Shown: piece after piece, positions 48,627-58,682 of the stretch | How the letters are laid out: the number at the start of each line of letters is the position of its first letter | Numbering within the stretch: the stretch's first letter is position 1 | Assembly: GCA_965220085.1 (NCBI GenBank) | Contig: CBDCOZ010000001.1 | Location: 32,001-96,000, forward strand | Direction of reading: 5' to 3' | DNA from: Candidatus Oxydemutatoraceae bacterium | GTDB lineage: Bacteria > Pseudomonadota > Gammaproteobacteria > Poriferisulfidales > Oxydemutatoraceae | Length of the DNA: 64,000 nt | Program-made: the position numbers and the translations under genes | Notes under the pieces: model-generated | The model's database searches: none | What the model was told of the DNA's origin: nothing | Seen by the model: only the letters and a program-made list of their open reading frames with translations

Positions 48627-49053
48627 CCCGCGCATCGGCAGCGAATTCCCGTTGCCGAGTTATGCGACCGACGGTTCCGCCGGTCTTGATTTGCGCGCGC
48701 TGCTTGACGATGCGCTGACCGTCGCGCCGGGCAAGACCGAGTTGATACCGACCGGCTTGGCCATTCATATCGGGACGCCGGCGCTGGCCGCGGTAATCCT
48801 GCCGCGCTCCGGACTCGGGCACAAACACGGGATCGTGCTCGGCAACCTGACCGGTTTGATCGACTCGGACTATCAGGGGCAGTTGTTTGTGTCGTGCTGG
48901 AATCGCGGCGACAAGGCGTATGCGGTGGAGCCCGGCGAGCGCATCGCGCAGATGATTTTCACTCCGATCGTCCGCGCCGACTTCGAAGTCGTCAAGGAAT
49001 TTAAGCAAAGCGCGCGCGGGGCGGGCGGTTTCGGACACTCCGGTCGCCGATGA
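48592..49053 (+). CDS. dut: dUTPase
   Basis: [32 protein letters not shown]. Confidence 0.97.
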   Translation: MEKQKVQLKILDPRIGSEFPLPSYATDGSAGLDLRALLDDALTVAPGKTELIPTGLAIHIGTPALAAVILPRSGLGHKHGIVLGNLTGLIDSDYQGQLFVSCWNRGDKAYAVEPGERIAQMIFTPIVRADFEVVKEFKQSARGAGGFGHSGRR

Positions 49054-50426
49054 ACGCCGCGATTGATCCCGCCATCTTCCGCGCCTACGACATTCGCGGC
49101 GTAGTTGACTCCCAGTTGAACGAGACGGTCATGCGCCTCATCGGCGCCGCGCTTGCGACGCGCTATCCGCAAGTCAAGCAAGTGGCGCTCGGTCGCGACG
49201 GGCGCTTATCCGGCGAGCGGCTGATGTGCGCGCTGAGCGAAGGCTTGCGGCAGTGCGGCGCGGATGTGCTGGATGTCGGCGAAGTGCCGACGCCGGCGCT
49301 CTATTACGCGGCGGCGGAACATTGCGACGGCTCCGGTTTGATGGTCACCGGCAGCCACAATCCGGCGCAATACAACGGCGTGAAGATGATGATGGCCGGG
49401 CATACGCTGGCGGGCGACGATGTGCGCGCCGTCTATGAGACGATGCGCGCCGGCGCATTCGCTGACGGCGACGGCTCGGCGCATACGCTGGATGTGCGCG
49501 ATGGCTATGTCGGGCGGATTGCCGCCGACATTACCGTTGCCCGCCCGTTGCGCATCGTGATCGATTGCGGCAACGGAGTCGCCGGGCCGGTTGCGATGCG
49601 GTTGTTCAAGGCGCTCGGTTGCGAGGCAGTCGGTTTGTATTGCGATGTGGACGGGCGTTTTCCCAACCATCACCCGAACCCGAGCGAGGTCAAAAATCTG
49701 CGCGACTTAATCGCCGCCGTGGCGGCGCAAGGCGCTGCGATCGGTTTTGCTTTTGACGGCGACGGCGACCGCCTCGGTGTGGTGGATGACAGCGGCAATG
49801 TCATCTGGGCCGACCGCCAGATGATGATCTATGCGCGTCACCTCCTGCGCGATCATGCCGGCGCGGGGGTGGTCTATGACGTCAAGTCGTCGTCCCGCCT
49901 GACCCGATTGATCAAGGCATGCGGCGGCAAACCGTATATGAGCCGCACCGGGCATTCCTACATCAAGGCGATGTTAAAAGAGACCGGCGCCAAACTCGCC
50001 GGCGAGATGAGCGGGCACATATTTTTCAGCGACCGCTGGTATGGTTTTGACGATGCGCTGTATGCGGCGGCGCGGATGCTTGAGATCATCGCCGCCGACG
50101 GGCGCGCGAGCAGCGATATATTTTCCGAGTTGCCGTCGTCTTGCAGCACGCCGGAGCTGACGATCGACTTTAGCGAGGAAGGGATGCAACACGATTTTAT
50201 CGAGCGCTTTGTCGCGCGCGCGAGTTTTGACGGCGCCGTGATCAACAAGACCGACGGCTTGCGCGCCGAGTTTGACAACGGCTGGGGTCTGGCGCGGGCG
50301 TCCAACACGACGCCGTGTTTGGTGTTGCGCTTTGAGGGCGATGACGAACAGGCGCTGTCGGCCATTCGCGACAAGTTTCGCGCGCAACTGCTCGCGACCG
50401 ACCCGTCGCTGGCGCTAGATTTCTGA
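49050..50426 (+). CDS. algC: Phosphomannomutase/phosphoglucomutase
   Basis: [32 protein letters not shown]. Confidence 0.93.
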   Translation: MNAAIDPAIFRAYDIRGVVDSQLNETVMRLIGAALATRYPQVKQVALGRDGRLSGERLMCALSEGLRQCGADVLDVGEVPTPALYYAAAEHCDGSGLMVTGSHNPAQYNGVKMMMAGHTLAGDDVRAVYETMRAGAFADGDGSAHTLDVRDGYVGRIAADITVARPLRIVIDCGNGVAGPVAMRLFKALGCEAVGLYCDVDGRFPNHHPNPSEVKNLRDLIAAVAAQGAAIGFAFDGDGDRLGVVDDSGNVIWADRQMMIYARHLLRDHAGAGVVYDVKSSSRLTRLIKACGGKPYMSRTGHSYIKAMLKETGAKLAGEMSGHIFFSDRWYGFDDALYAAARMLEIIAADGRASSDIFSELPSSCSTPELTIDFSEEGMQHDFIERFVARASFDGAVINKTDGLRAEFDNGWGLARASNTTPCLVLRFEGDDEQALSAIRDKFRAQLLATDPSLALDF

Positions 50427-50626
50427 GCGATACGATGGACAGTCCGCGCCAAAGAGTCAAGTTTTTAAGCGAAGCCCTGCCGCACATACAGAAGTTTCGC
50501 GACAAGTTTCGCGCGCAACTGCTTGCGACCGACCCGTCGCTGGCGCTGAATTTCTAAGATACGATGGACAGTCCGCACCAAAGAGTCAAGTTTTTAAGCG
50601 AGGCGTTGCCGTACATACAGAAGTTT
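50366..50626 (+). repeat. 129-bp tandem duplication of the algC/argB junction
   Basis: ATGGACAGTCCGC at 50435 and 50564; the copies differ by several substitutions. Confidence 0.9.
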
Positions 50627-51430
50627 CGCGACAAGGTCATCGTCGTCAAATACGGCGGCAGCGCGATGACAGATGACGCGCTCAAGCAACAATTCGCGCG
50701 CGATATCGTGTTGCTCAAAGCGGTCGGCATGCATCCGGTTGTGGCGCACGGCGGCGGCCCGCATATTTCAAAGAACCTCGCGCAGGCCGGCATAGAGGCG
50801 CGGTTTGTCAACGGCTTGCGCGTCACCTGTGCCGAGACGATGAAGGTCGTGGAGCGCACTTTGTCCGAAGTGAACCGCGGCATCGTTGCCGGAATCAATG
50901 CCGCCGGCGGCGAGGCGCTCGGCGTGACCGACCACATGATTCGCGCGCGGAAGTTGCCGCCGGTCGAAGAGAACGGCAAGCCGGTCGACCTCGGCTATGT
51001 CGGCGAAGTAGTCGGCATCGTGCCGCGGCTGCGGGAGATCGTCGCGCATCAAACACAGGTTGCGGTTATCTCGCCGGTTGCAAAAGGCTCCGACGGCGGC
51101 AGCTATAACGTCAACGGCGATATCGCGGCGAGCCATATCGCGATCAGCCTCGGCGCGGAGAAACTGATCATGCTGACGGATACCGCCGGCCTGTTGGACG
51201 AGCAAGGCCGCCTGATCAGCGAGGCAAGCCGGAACGAAGTCGCCGCCATGATCGGCAAAGGCATCATTCACGGCGGCATGCTGCCGAAAGTGCAATGTAT
51301 GTTTGACAGCGTGGATCAGGGAGTGCGCTTAGCGCACATCATAGACGGCCGCGTCGCACACGCCTTGTTGCTTGAATTGCTGACCGACGAGGGTGTCGGC
51401 ACCCTGATTCACAACCATCGCGCAACCTAA
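50564..51430 (+). CDS. argB: Acetylglutamate kinase
   Basis: VKYGG, HGGGP, GLRVT, NVNGD, GGMLPK. Confidence 0.96.
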   Translation: MDSPHQRVKFLSEALPYIQKFRDKVIVVKYGGSAMTDDALKQQFARDIVLLKAVGMHPVVAHGGGPHISKNLAQAGIEARFVNGLRVTCAETMKVVERTLSEVNRGIVAGINAAGGEALGVTDHMIRARKLPPVEENGKPVDLGYVGEVVGIVPRLREIVAHQTQVAVISPVAKGSDGGSYNVNGDIAASHIAISLGAEKLIMLTDTAGLLDEQGRLISEASRNEVAAMIGKGIIHGGMLPKVQCMFDSVDQGVRLAHIIDGRVAHALLLELLTDEGVGTLIHNHRAT

Positions 51431-51548
51431 GCGCGGCATTCATCGCAAGCGACACATCGCTCGCCGCAACGTCTTTGGTCAGGCTACCGAGTGAGACAAA
51501 GTTGGCACCGTAGCGGGCAATATCCGCCGGGTTTGTAAAGTAAGCCTT

Positions 51549-51850
51549 TTAAATTCCCCGTGCGTCATCGTAGAGCGAGCTAAATTCAAGTTTGCGTACG
51601 CGGAATTTTGTCCCGTGATTGCGGACGCTGCCAGTGGGATTCGTCCTCGCGTCAAAGTCCACAAGCACGGCCCCGCGCACAATCCCCTCAAACAATTCGG
51701 ACGGGAGAAAATCCTTCAGAATCTTCATCTCCATGAATCGGACAATGTCGCCCTCCTTTTCGCCGCGCACATAAATGCAGTTCGGCAGTTTTTTGCTTGC
51801 TGTGCGGGACAGTTCATCTTTTGTCCAAACAATCGGATACTTCAATTGTC
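51549..51850 (-). pseudogene. C-terminal fragment of an MvaI/BcnI-family restriction endonuclease
   Basis: W....L.....KKL...IYV...VDFDART...RNHGTKFRV; the upstream part of the ORF is only translated tandem repeat. Confidence 0.6.
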
Positions 51851-51865
51851 CGCCGCAACGCTCCC

Positions 51866-52047
51866 GCACTTCCCGCGACCAAGCGGCGTGTTTCGGCGCG
51901 ACATTTTCGTGACTAACAGTCACCCGCGCCGCCGCCGCCGTCGCCAACGCCCGCGCTTCCCGCGACCAAGCGGCGCGTTTCGGCGTGACATCTTCGCGGC
52001 TAACAGTCACCCGCGCCGCCGCCGCCGTCGCCAACGCCCGCGCTTCC
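51866..52047. repeat. 87-bp tandem duplication
   Basis: CGCGACCAAGCGGCG at 51874 and 51961. Confidence 0.9.
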
Positions 52048-52097
52048 CCCAACCAAGCGCGTGTTCGACGCCTTCCGGATTGAAAGTGACTTCCGCC

Positions 52098-52949
52098 TTA
52101 TTGCCCGTCGCCGTCACCCGCAATCCGCGCACGGTCGGTGCGCCGCCGATCGTTTTTCCAAGCGCGGATTCGGTCTCGCGCCATCCGGCAGTATTCGGCG
52201 GAGTTGTCAATGCCGACGTAATCGCGTCCCAATTCCAGCGCCGCCAGCGCGGTTGTCCCGCTTCCCACAAACGGGTCCAAAACGATTTGGGCGGCGGTCG
52301 CCTGTACGCAACGCCGCGCCAGCGCGAGCGGAAACGGCGCGGGGTGCGGGTTGTCGCCACTTTCCTGTCGCAAGTCCCAAACATCGCCCAGCGCGTTTGC
52401 TTTCGGCGCGAGGTTGAATTTCGGCTTGGCGATGAGATACACGCACTCGTAAGTCGGCAAGAAATAGCCGGGATTGAAATTGATTCCGCCCTTGCGCCGC
52501 CAGATAATCACCTGTCGCAGCGGAAACTCCGGCACGATGATTTCCATCGGGTCTTCTGCTAGCCCGGCTTGCGCTCTGGGCTTGTGATTGTAGAAGAGCG
52601 CGCCGGTAGGCTTGAGGACGCGCAGAATCGCCGCGATGCATTGCTGTTGCCAACGGACATACTCGGCGCGCGGCATACAATCGTTGTGGGCGTGATAGCC
52701 GTTGATGAGTTCGGTGCGCGGCCATTTGCCGCCGCTTCCGTTCTTCAGTCCGTTGCCGGTAGAGTTCTTAATATTGTAAGGCGGCGAGGTGACCGCGATG
52801 TCCGCCGACTCCGGCGGCATTTTCTCCAACACGCGGAGGCAATCGCCACAATGAATTTTGTTCAGCCAGCGAGAAAGATTTGCACACTCCGCCGCAACGG
52901 CAGGATTCACGGCGGAAAAAAATTCCATGCTGGAGTTTATCGCGCTCAT
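52098..52949 (-). CDS. Beta-class N4-C/N6-A DNA methyltransferase
   Basis: TSPPY before HPAPFP and DPFVGSGTT. Confidence 0.93.
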   Translation of the reverse strand: MSAINSSMEFFSAVNPAVAAECANLSRWLNKIHCGDCLRVLEKMPPESADIAVTSPPYNIKNSTGNGLKNGSGGKWPRTELINGYHAHNDCMPRAEYVRWQQQCIAAILRVLKPTGALFYNHKPRAQAGLAEDPMEIIVPEFPLRQVIIWRRKGGINFNPGYFLPTYECVYLIAKPKFNLAPKANALGDVWDLRQESGDNPHPAPFPLALARRCVQATAAQIVLDPFVGSGTTALAALELGRDYVGIDNSAEYCRMARDRIRAWKNDRRRTDRARIAGDGDGQ

Positions 52950-52984
52950 GGCTTTGCCATTCTCACATATCTCGTTGGAAAGTC

Positions 52985-53078
52985 AAACTTCAGAAGGTCA
53001 AACTTCACTACAGCGGACACTAGAGAGGGCAATCTGCCTGTGCGCTTGCGCCTTTTCCTGAAAGGCCCATTGCGGTAG
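52985..53078 (+). pseudogene. Orphan 3' end of a motif-bearing gene (...NFTTADTREGNLPVRLRLFLKGPLR*)
   Basis: Motif and stop at 53034-53078, followed by the same intergenic module as at 54670; left boundary approximate. Confidence 0.6.
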
Positions 53079-53093
53079 TGCGCGTGACTGCGG

Positions 53094-53177
53094 CGGAGCA
53101 GGGGAGTATTATGGGGCGCACACGGGAGCGAGGCAGGATATGCAGGCATTTGCATGATTTGCATTTTGTGGTATAGT
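53094..53177 (+). promoter_or_regulatory. Intergenic module C, copy 1 (34-bp core plus extended -10 TGGTATAGT)
   Basis: CGGAGCAGGGGAGTATTATGGGGCGCACACGGGA identical at 54670. Confidence 0.7.
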
Positions 53178-53373
53178 GCGACAGTTAACTAATTCACAAA
53201 CAGTTTATGGAACATAAACAATACTCAATTGTTTGTGCCTCATTAAAATGTTGTTTGTGTACATGATAAAAATCAGGAGGCATACTATGATTTGTAGCAG
53301 AGCACATAGCATTGAGGGCGCCAACACTCATGGCACAGCCGTGTTCACCGAACAATCCATGAGGAGTAATAGC

Positions 53374-54657
53374 ATGAAACGACAAGTTTTTAATACCCCC
53401 CCCCCCCCCCCCGCACAGTGGCGGGTAACACGAACCCGGCGTAGCCTTTGGGCGCTGTTTGTTGTCTGCGCTCAAGCGCAGGCGCCGACCAACACGACCG
53501 CTACCGGCGAACCGGCGGTGACGGCGGCGGACGGCGCCGACCTGACCATGGCGGGGCCGAATGCGAACAGCACGACCCTCGCACAGCGGGGAGCGACGAT
53601 GATACGGCGTAGCCTCTGGGCGCTGATGTTGCTCGCCTTGATTACCGTACGCGCTCAAGCACAAGCGCAGGACACCGCGCCGGACTTTGGCGATGCGTCG
53701 GTCACCGGTTCGGACCTGATTTGGCTGACCGACCGGGACCTCAATCTGGTCTTGCCCGCGGCCACCGGCGGCAATGGCACCATCACCTACAGCCTGTCGC
53801 CGACTCTGACGTCTGCCACAAGACTCAGATTTGATGCGGCCACCCGCACCATCAGTGGCCGACCGGCTTTTTCTGTCGGCACCAACAACTTCACGCTGAC
53901 GGCCACCGATGCCGATGGCGATACCGATACGCTGACATTCCGCACCAAAGCCGCCGCAGATGCAGTACCGGCCTTTGCCGCTGATGCGAACATAGCCGAC
54001 CAGATGCTGGTGCGCGACAATGCCGTCACCCTGACCCTGCCCGGGGGATCCGGGGGGAATACCCTCCGCACTTCCGATTTCTTGGCATTCTTGGTTCCGC
54101 TCACTTACACGCTGACCCCGGCGTTGCCTGCGGGGCTGACCTTTGATGCGGACGCTCGCACCATCAGCGGTACGCCGACAGCGGCTGCTGCCGAGGCGCA
54201 GTACACCTACAGGGTTGCCGATGGTGACAGCAATACCCTGTCCAGCGATGAATCTACCCTGACTTTCACCATCACCGTAACTTGCGCCAGCGGCGAAACA
54301 CACACCGCCACGGATCTGGCACCGGACTTTGGCAGCGCATCTGTTGAGGATCAGGCCTGGGAAGTGGGCACGGCCATCACCGACCTGACCCTGCCTGCGG
54401 CCTGCGGCGGCAATGGCACTCTCTCGTATGCACTGTCCCCGGCCCTGCCCGCCGGTCTGACCTTTGATGCCGCCAGTCGCACCATCAGCGGCACACCCAC
54501 GGCCGCCGCCCCTGCCGCCACTTACACATATACAGCGGGGGATGGCGACAGCAACACCGCAAGCGGCGATGCGGACACCCTGACCTTTAGCGTAACAGTG
54601 GCAAGTGTGGACATACGCCTGCGCCTGCGCCTGTTTCTTGAAGGCCCGCTGCGATAG
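53374..54657 (+). CDS. Secreted protein with three putative Ig (He_PIG/cadherin-like) repeats and C-terminal IRLRLRLFLEGPLR
   Basis: LP.A.GGNG...Y.L.P.LPAGLTFDA..RTISGTPT repeats; GAGGAG RBS/ATG 53374 and a second RBS/ATG with signal peptide at 53599. Confidence 0.85.
   Translation: MKRQVFNTPPPPPAQWRVTRTRRSLWALFVVCAQAQAPTNTTATGEPAVTAADGADLTMAGPNANSTTLAQRGATMIRRSLWALMLLALITVRAQAQAQDTAPDFGDASVTGSDLIWLTDRDLNLVLPAATGGNGTITYSLSPTLTSATRLRFDAATRTISGRPAFSVGTNNFTLTATDADGDTDTLTFRTKAAADAVPAFAADANIADQMLVRDNAVTLTLPGGSGGNTLRTSDFLAFLVPLTYTLTPALPAGLTFDADARTISGTPTAAAAEAQYTYRVADGDSNTLSSDESTLTFTITVTCASGETHTATDLAPDFGSASVEDQAWEVGTAITDLTLPAACGGNGTLSYALSPALPAGLTFDAASRTISGTPTAAAPAATYTYTAGDGDSNTASGDADTLTFSVTVASVDIRLRLRLFLEGPLR
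53396..53412 (+). repeat. C17 homopolymer at the 5' end of the Ig-repeat gene
   Basis: Counted directly. Confidence 0.9.
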
Positions 54658-54669
54658 CGCGAGCCACCA

Positions 54670-54751
54670 CGGAGCAGGGGAGTATTATGGGGCGCACACG
54701 GGATGCGGCAAGATACAAAGACATTGCGGGATTCGCGTTTTGTGGTAGAGT
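54670..54751 (+). promoter_or_regulatory. Intergenic module C, copy 2
   Basis: Homologous to 53094-53177. Confidence 0.7.
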
Positions 54752-54851
54752 ATGTACTTACTTACAGAGTTTCTCCGGATACAGACTGTCAAGAGACATT
54801 AGTATGGATTGCAAAACTTACGATACGACCCCCGCGCGGCGGGGAGCAACG

Positions 54852-55929
54852 ATGATACGGCGCAACCTCTGCTCGCTGATGCTACCAGCGCTGTTTGTTG
54901 TCTGCGCTCAGGCGCAAGAGCAGATCAACACTGCCGCTGCTACCGGCGAACCGGCGGTGACGGCGGCGGACGGCGGCGGACGGCGCTAATCTGGCTACGG
55001 CGGGCCCCAATGTGAGCAGCACACTGACCGCAACCCGCGGCACCATAGCCGATGCCGATGGCATCACCGCTTTCACCGCCAGCTGGCAGTGGCAGGAGCT
55101 TGAAATTGCGACCGTCTCCACCGCCACTTTCACGGGCAGGACGAAGCGGCTGGACGATTATCTCCTGACCGTTAACTACGCGCCAGCCCCGGCCTATCCC
55201 GCCGCCTTGCGCTCGGCTTTGCACCGCTGGATTGGCGGCGACCCCGATTATTACGCCAACACCGACTTTGCCGGTTCCGAATCGGAAATAGTCAGCTTCT
55301 CCCCGCGCTTTCTGAGCGCGTTGCATCTGAACCCGGTCCTCTTTCCGGAGGATGCCGTTTTCCAATGCCAGCGAAACGCCGCCACAAACAGGGCGGTGCT
55401 TCACTGCTTTTATTCCGAAATTCCGCAGATGCCCAATGTCACCAATATCACCGGCGCCACCTCTGCGACTTTCACTCCCATGCAGGCGCAGGTGGGCAAA
55501 TTCCTCCGCGTCTGCGGCACCTTTGATGATGATGCCGGCAACAGCGAGACGCGTTGCTGGACTTCCGTTGCGAAGGTCAACGTTGCCGCCACCGGCGAAC
55601 CGGCGGTGAACGGCGTCCCAAGAGAGGACAGCCCACTGACCGCAGACATCGGCACGATAGAAGATGACAATGGCATCACTGACATCGCCCCCGCCTGGCA
55701 GTGGCAACAGGGCGACACAGCCGATGGCTCCTTCGCGAACATAGCAGGCGCTACCGCCGCCACCTTCACGCCCATGCAGGCGCATGTGGGCAAATTCCTC
55801 CGCGTCTGCGGCACCTTTGATGATGATGCCGGCAACAGCGAGACGCGTTGCTGGACTTCCGTTGCGGCGGTGCTCCAAGCCGACATACGCTTGCGCTTGC
55901 GCCTCTTCCTGGAAGGCCCGCTGCGATAG
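54852..55929 (+). pseudogene. Secreted Ig-like repeat protein with C-terminal IRLRLRLFLEGPLR, frameshifted after the signal peptide
   Basis: MIRRNLCSLMLPALFVVCAQA signal peptide; extra 10-bp unit at 54961-54980 shifts the frame; two ATGEPAV...WQWQ...GAT.ATFTP...DDAGNSET repeats. Confidence 0.75.
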
Positions 55930-56070
55930 CGCGAGCAACCCGTAGCACTTGCGCGACACACCTCTTCTTGAAGGCTCGCTGCGATAGCGGGCGCCGACCT
56001 GCGTTTCTTTCTCGCGCCATTGCGGGACTCCCGCGCGGGTGTCGGCGCCGATTCGCAGCCATCGCGCGCC

Positions 56071-56997
56071 CTAAGCGCGGCGCTCGATCTCAAGCGACAT
56101 GTCGATCGCTGTGACATCTTTGGTCAGGCTGCCGAGCGAGACAAAGTCGGCGCCGCAGCGTGCGATATCCGCTAAATCGTGTTGCGCTAAGATTTTTTCC
56201 GTGCCCGATATTTCGGTCAAACAGCGCCCGTCAATCAAGGCGATGGCTTGCCGGACTTGCGGCAGGGAAAAGTTGTCAAGCATGATGATGTCCGCGCCGC
56301 TGTCACAGGCTTCGGCGACTTCTTCAAGCGTCTCGGTCTCCGCTTCAACGATGGCGTCGGGGCAGCGCGCGCGCGCCCGCGCGACCGCTTCTGTGATCGA
56401 GCCGCAGGCGCGGATGTGGTTGTCTTTGATCAGTATCATCTCGGACAGGTCAAAGCGGTGGTTGTGCCCGCCGCCGCAAGCGACCGCGTATTTCTGCGCG
56501 ATGCGAAGCCCGGGCAAGGTTTTGCGCGTGTCCAGCAGCAGCGCGGTCGCATCGTCGCCGTGCTCCAAGGCGGCTTTGGCGTCGCGGGTTTTGCTTGCGA
56601 CTCCCGACAAGGTTTGCAGGAAGTTCAGCGCACAGCGCTCGCCGCCGAGGATGGCGCGCAAGGGGCCGCTGATTACGCACAGCGCCTCGCCGGCGCGAAA
56701 TGCCTGTCCGTCTTTGCGGCGCCATGCCACGTCAACCGCCGGGTCGAGCTTGGCAAAGACGGCGTCCGCCCAGAAACATCCGGCGAGCACGCCGGCGGCG
56801 GAACCGGCAACGACGGAGGCGCGACCGATGCGGTCGGCGGCAATCAATGCCGAACTGATGTCGTCGCCTGCGGTATCTTCCGCCAGCGCCGCATCGACGT
56901 TGGCACGGACGGCGTGTGCCAGCCGGTCGGTGATGATGCCGGGTGCGAAGGTGCGGCTGATGATGTCGTGTTTGGCGGGCGGCGCGGGGCGTGTCAT
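56071..56997 (-). CDS. nadC: Quinolinate phosphoribosyltransferase
   Basis: ER.ALNFLQ.LSG, DTRKTLPG, NHR..L...ILIKDNH, IMLDNF. Confidence 0.95.
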   Translation of the reverse strand: MTRPAPPAKHDIISRTFAPGIITDRLAHAVRANVDAALAEDTAGDDISSALIAADRIGRASVVAGSAAGVLAGCFWADAVFAKLDPAVDVAWRRKDGQAFRAGEALCVISGPLRAILGGERCALNFLQTLSGVASKTRDAKAALEHGDDATALLLDTRKTLPGLRIAQKYAVACGGGHNHRFDLSEMILIKDNHIRACGSITEAVARARARCPDAIVEAETETLEEVAEACDSGADIIMLDNFSLPQVRQAIALIDGRCLTEISGTEKILAQHDLADIARCGADFVSLGSLTKDVTAIDMSLEIERRA

Positions 56998-57665
56998 CGG
57001 TTGTTTTCTCTTGCGAGTTGTTGCCTGAGCATGTTGAGCCGTTCAAGGGTGCCGACATCCATCCAGACGCCGCTGTGGAGTTCGCCGGTGACTACGTTCT
57101 GCGGTATTTTTTCTTTGAGCAGTTCGACCAGCGGCGCGCGCCCGGGCGAGGCGTTGTCAAAGAACGACGGCTTGTAGTAACTGATGCCGGAGAAGGTCAG
57201 CAACTTGCCGCTGTCGGCGGTGATGTGCTTGTCGTCCAAGTAGAAGTCGCCGCCGGGGTTGTGCTCGGGGTTGTCGACCATGACCAGATGCGCTTGGGCG
57301 TTTTCCAGTTGCAACGGGCGGATTGCATAGTCGGTGAAGATGTCGCCGTTGATGACGACGAACGGTTCGCCGCCGAGCCACTCCAAGGCGTTGATGATGC
57401 CGCCGCCGGTTTCCAGCGCGCCCGCCATCTCGTCCGAGTAGGTAATCTTTGCGTTGTAGTCGGAACCTTTGCCGAGTTTCTTGCGAATCATCTCGCCGAG
57501 ATGGCCGAGGTTGATGACGATGTCTTTGATGCCGGCCGCGCGCAGCCGTTTGAGGTGGTATTCGATCAGACACCGGGCGCCGGCCTTGAGCAATACTTTC
57601 GGCGTGTCGTTGGTCAGGGGCCTGAGTCGGGCGCCGCGTCCGGCTGCTAGGATCATCGCTTTCAT
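56994..57665 (-). CDS. murU: MurNAc-1-phosphate uridylyltransferase
   Basis: MKAMILAAGRGARLRPLT, LETGGG, VDNPEHN..GDF; coupled to amgK. Confidence 0.88.
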   Translation of the reverse strand: MKAMILAAGRGARLRPLTNDTPKVLLKAGARCLIEYHLKRLRAAGIKDIVINLGHLGEMIRKKLGKGSDYNAKITYSDEMAGALETGGGIINALEWLGGEPFVVINGDIFTDYAIRPLQLENAQAHLVMVDNPEHNPGGDFYLDDKHITADSGKLLTFSGISYYKPSFFDNASPGRAPLVELLKEKIPQNVVTGELHSGVWMDVGTLERLNMLRQQLARENNR

Positions 57666-58621
57666 CGTTTCGGCAGGGAGTTTAACAGACGTTGCAGGTT
57701 GCGCAGTATCGGGTCATCGCCGCTGTCCAGTTCGCCGATGTAGGACAAGGTGCGCGGGATGTCTTTGAGGTAGCCGTCTTTGTTGTCGCGGTGATGCAAA
57801 CGGGCGAATATGCCGGCGGCTTTCAGATGCCGTTGCGCGCCCATCAGGTCAAAGTAGCGGATGAATGTGTCGGCGTCCATGTCTGTTTCGGCGCGTTGTA
57901 AGTAGTATGTGACCCAGCCCAGATAGGTCTGCCGCGGCCATTTGACATAGCAGTCTTTGAGCAGGGAGACGAGGTCGTAACTCAGCGGGCCGGCCACCGC
58001 GTCTTGATAGTCTATCGTCGCCATGCGCTGCGCGTCGGCGCATATCAGGTTGCGCGAGTGGTAGTCGCGGTGGACGAAGACGCGCGGTTGCTCCAGAGCG
58101 GTGTCCGCCAGATAGTGATAGGCCTCGCTGAGTTGTCGCAGGTCGCTCTCGCGAAGGTCCGCTTGCAGGTGTTTGATGCAGTACCAGTCGGTGAATAGCT
58201 CGGCCTCTTGTATCAGGGCGCGCTTATCGTACGGCGGCAGTTGTTGCGCGGCGACGGATTGTATCGCGACCAGCATGTCGATCGCTTGGCGGTAGAGGCC
58301 GTCGGCGGTGTCGTCGTTGAGTTGGGTGCCGAGCAGATTATCGCCAAAATCGTCTATCAGCAGAAAGCCGTCGGCGGGCGCGTATGCGCGGATGTGCGGT
58401 ACCGCGATGTGAGCGGCTTCCAGCATCGCGGTGACGGCGACGAAGGCGGCGGGGTTTTCTTTGTCCGGCGGCATGTGTGCTGCGAGCAGGCGACAACCCT
58501 CGCGGGTGATTCTAAAATAGCGGCGGAAACCGGCGTCGCCCGGCAACGCTTGCAACGCGAAATCGTCGTCGCCCCAGGTTTGCCGGAGCCAGTTTTTTAG
58601 TGCATGTGGCGCTGAGTGCAT
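57662..58621 (-). CDS. amgK: Anomeric MurNAc/GlcNAc kinase (APH-like phosphotransferase)
   Basis: GDAGFRRYFR, HRDYHSRNL, IDYQDA, YDLVSLLKD. Confidence 0.88.
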   Translation of the reverse strand: MHSAPHALKNWLRQTWGDDDFALQALPGDAGFRRYFRITREGCRLLAAHMPPDKENPAAFVAVTAMLEAAHIAVPHIRAYAPADGFLLIDDFGDNLLGTQLNDDTADGLYRQAIDMLVAIQSVAAQQLPPYDKRALIQEAELFTDWYCIKHLQADLRESDLRQLSEAYHYLADTALEQPRVFVHRDYHSRNLICADAQRMATIDYQDAVAGPLSYDLVSLLKDCYVKWPRQTYLGWVTYYLQRAETDMDADTFIRYFDLMGAQRHLKAAGIFARLHHRDNKDGYLKDIPRTLSYIGELDSGDDPILRNLQRLLNSLPKR

Positions 58622-58682
58622 GGGTCGTATATGATATTGATATGACAGATTGTATTCACAAACCGGATTTGTAAAACATGCG

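Noticed and set aside
55492-55866. Identical 81-bp repeat pair as a DGR template/variable region
   Set aside because: No adenine-specific differences and no reverse transcriptase; an intragenic domain duplication.
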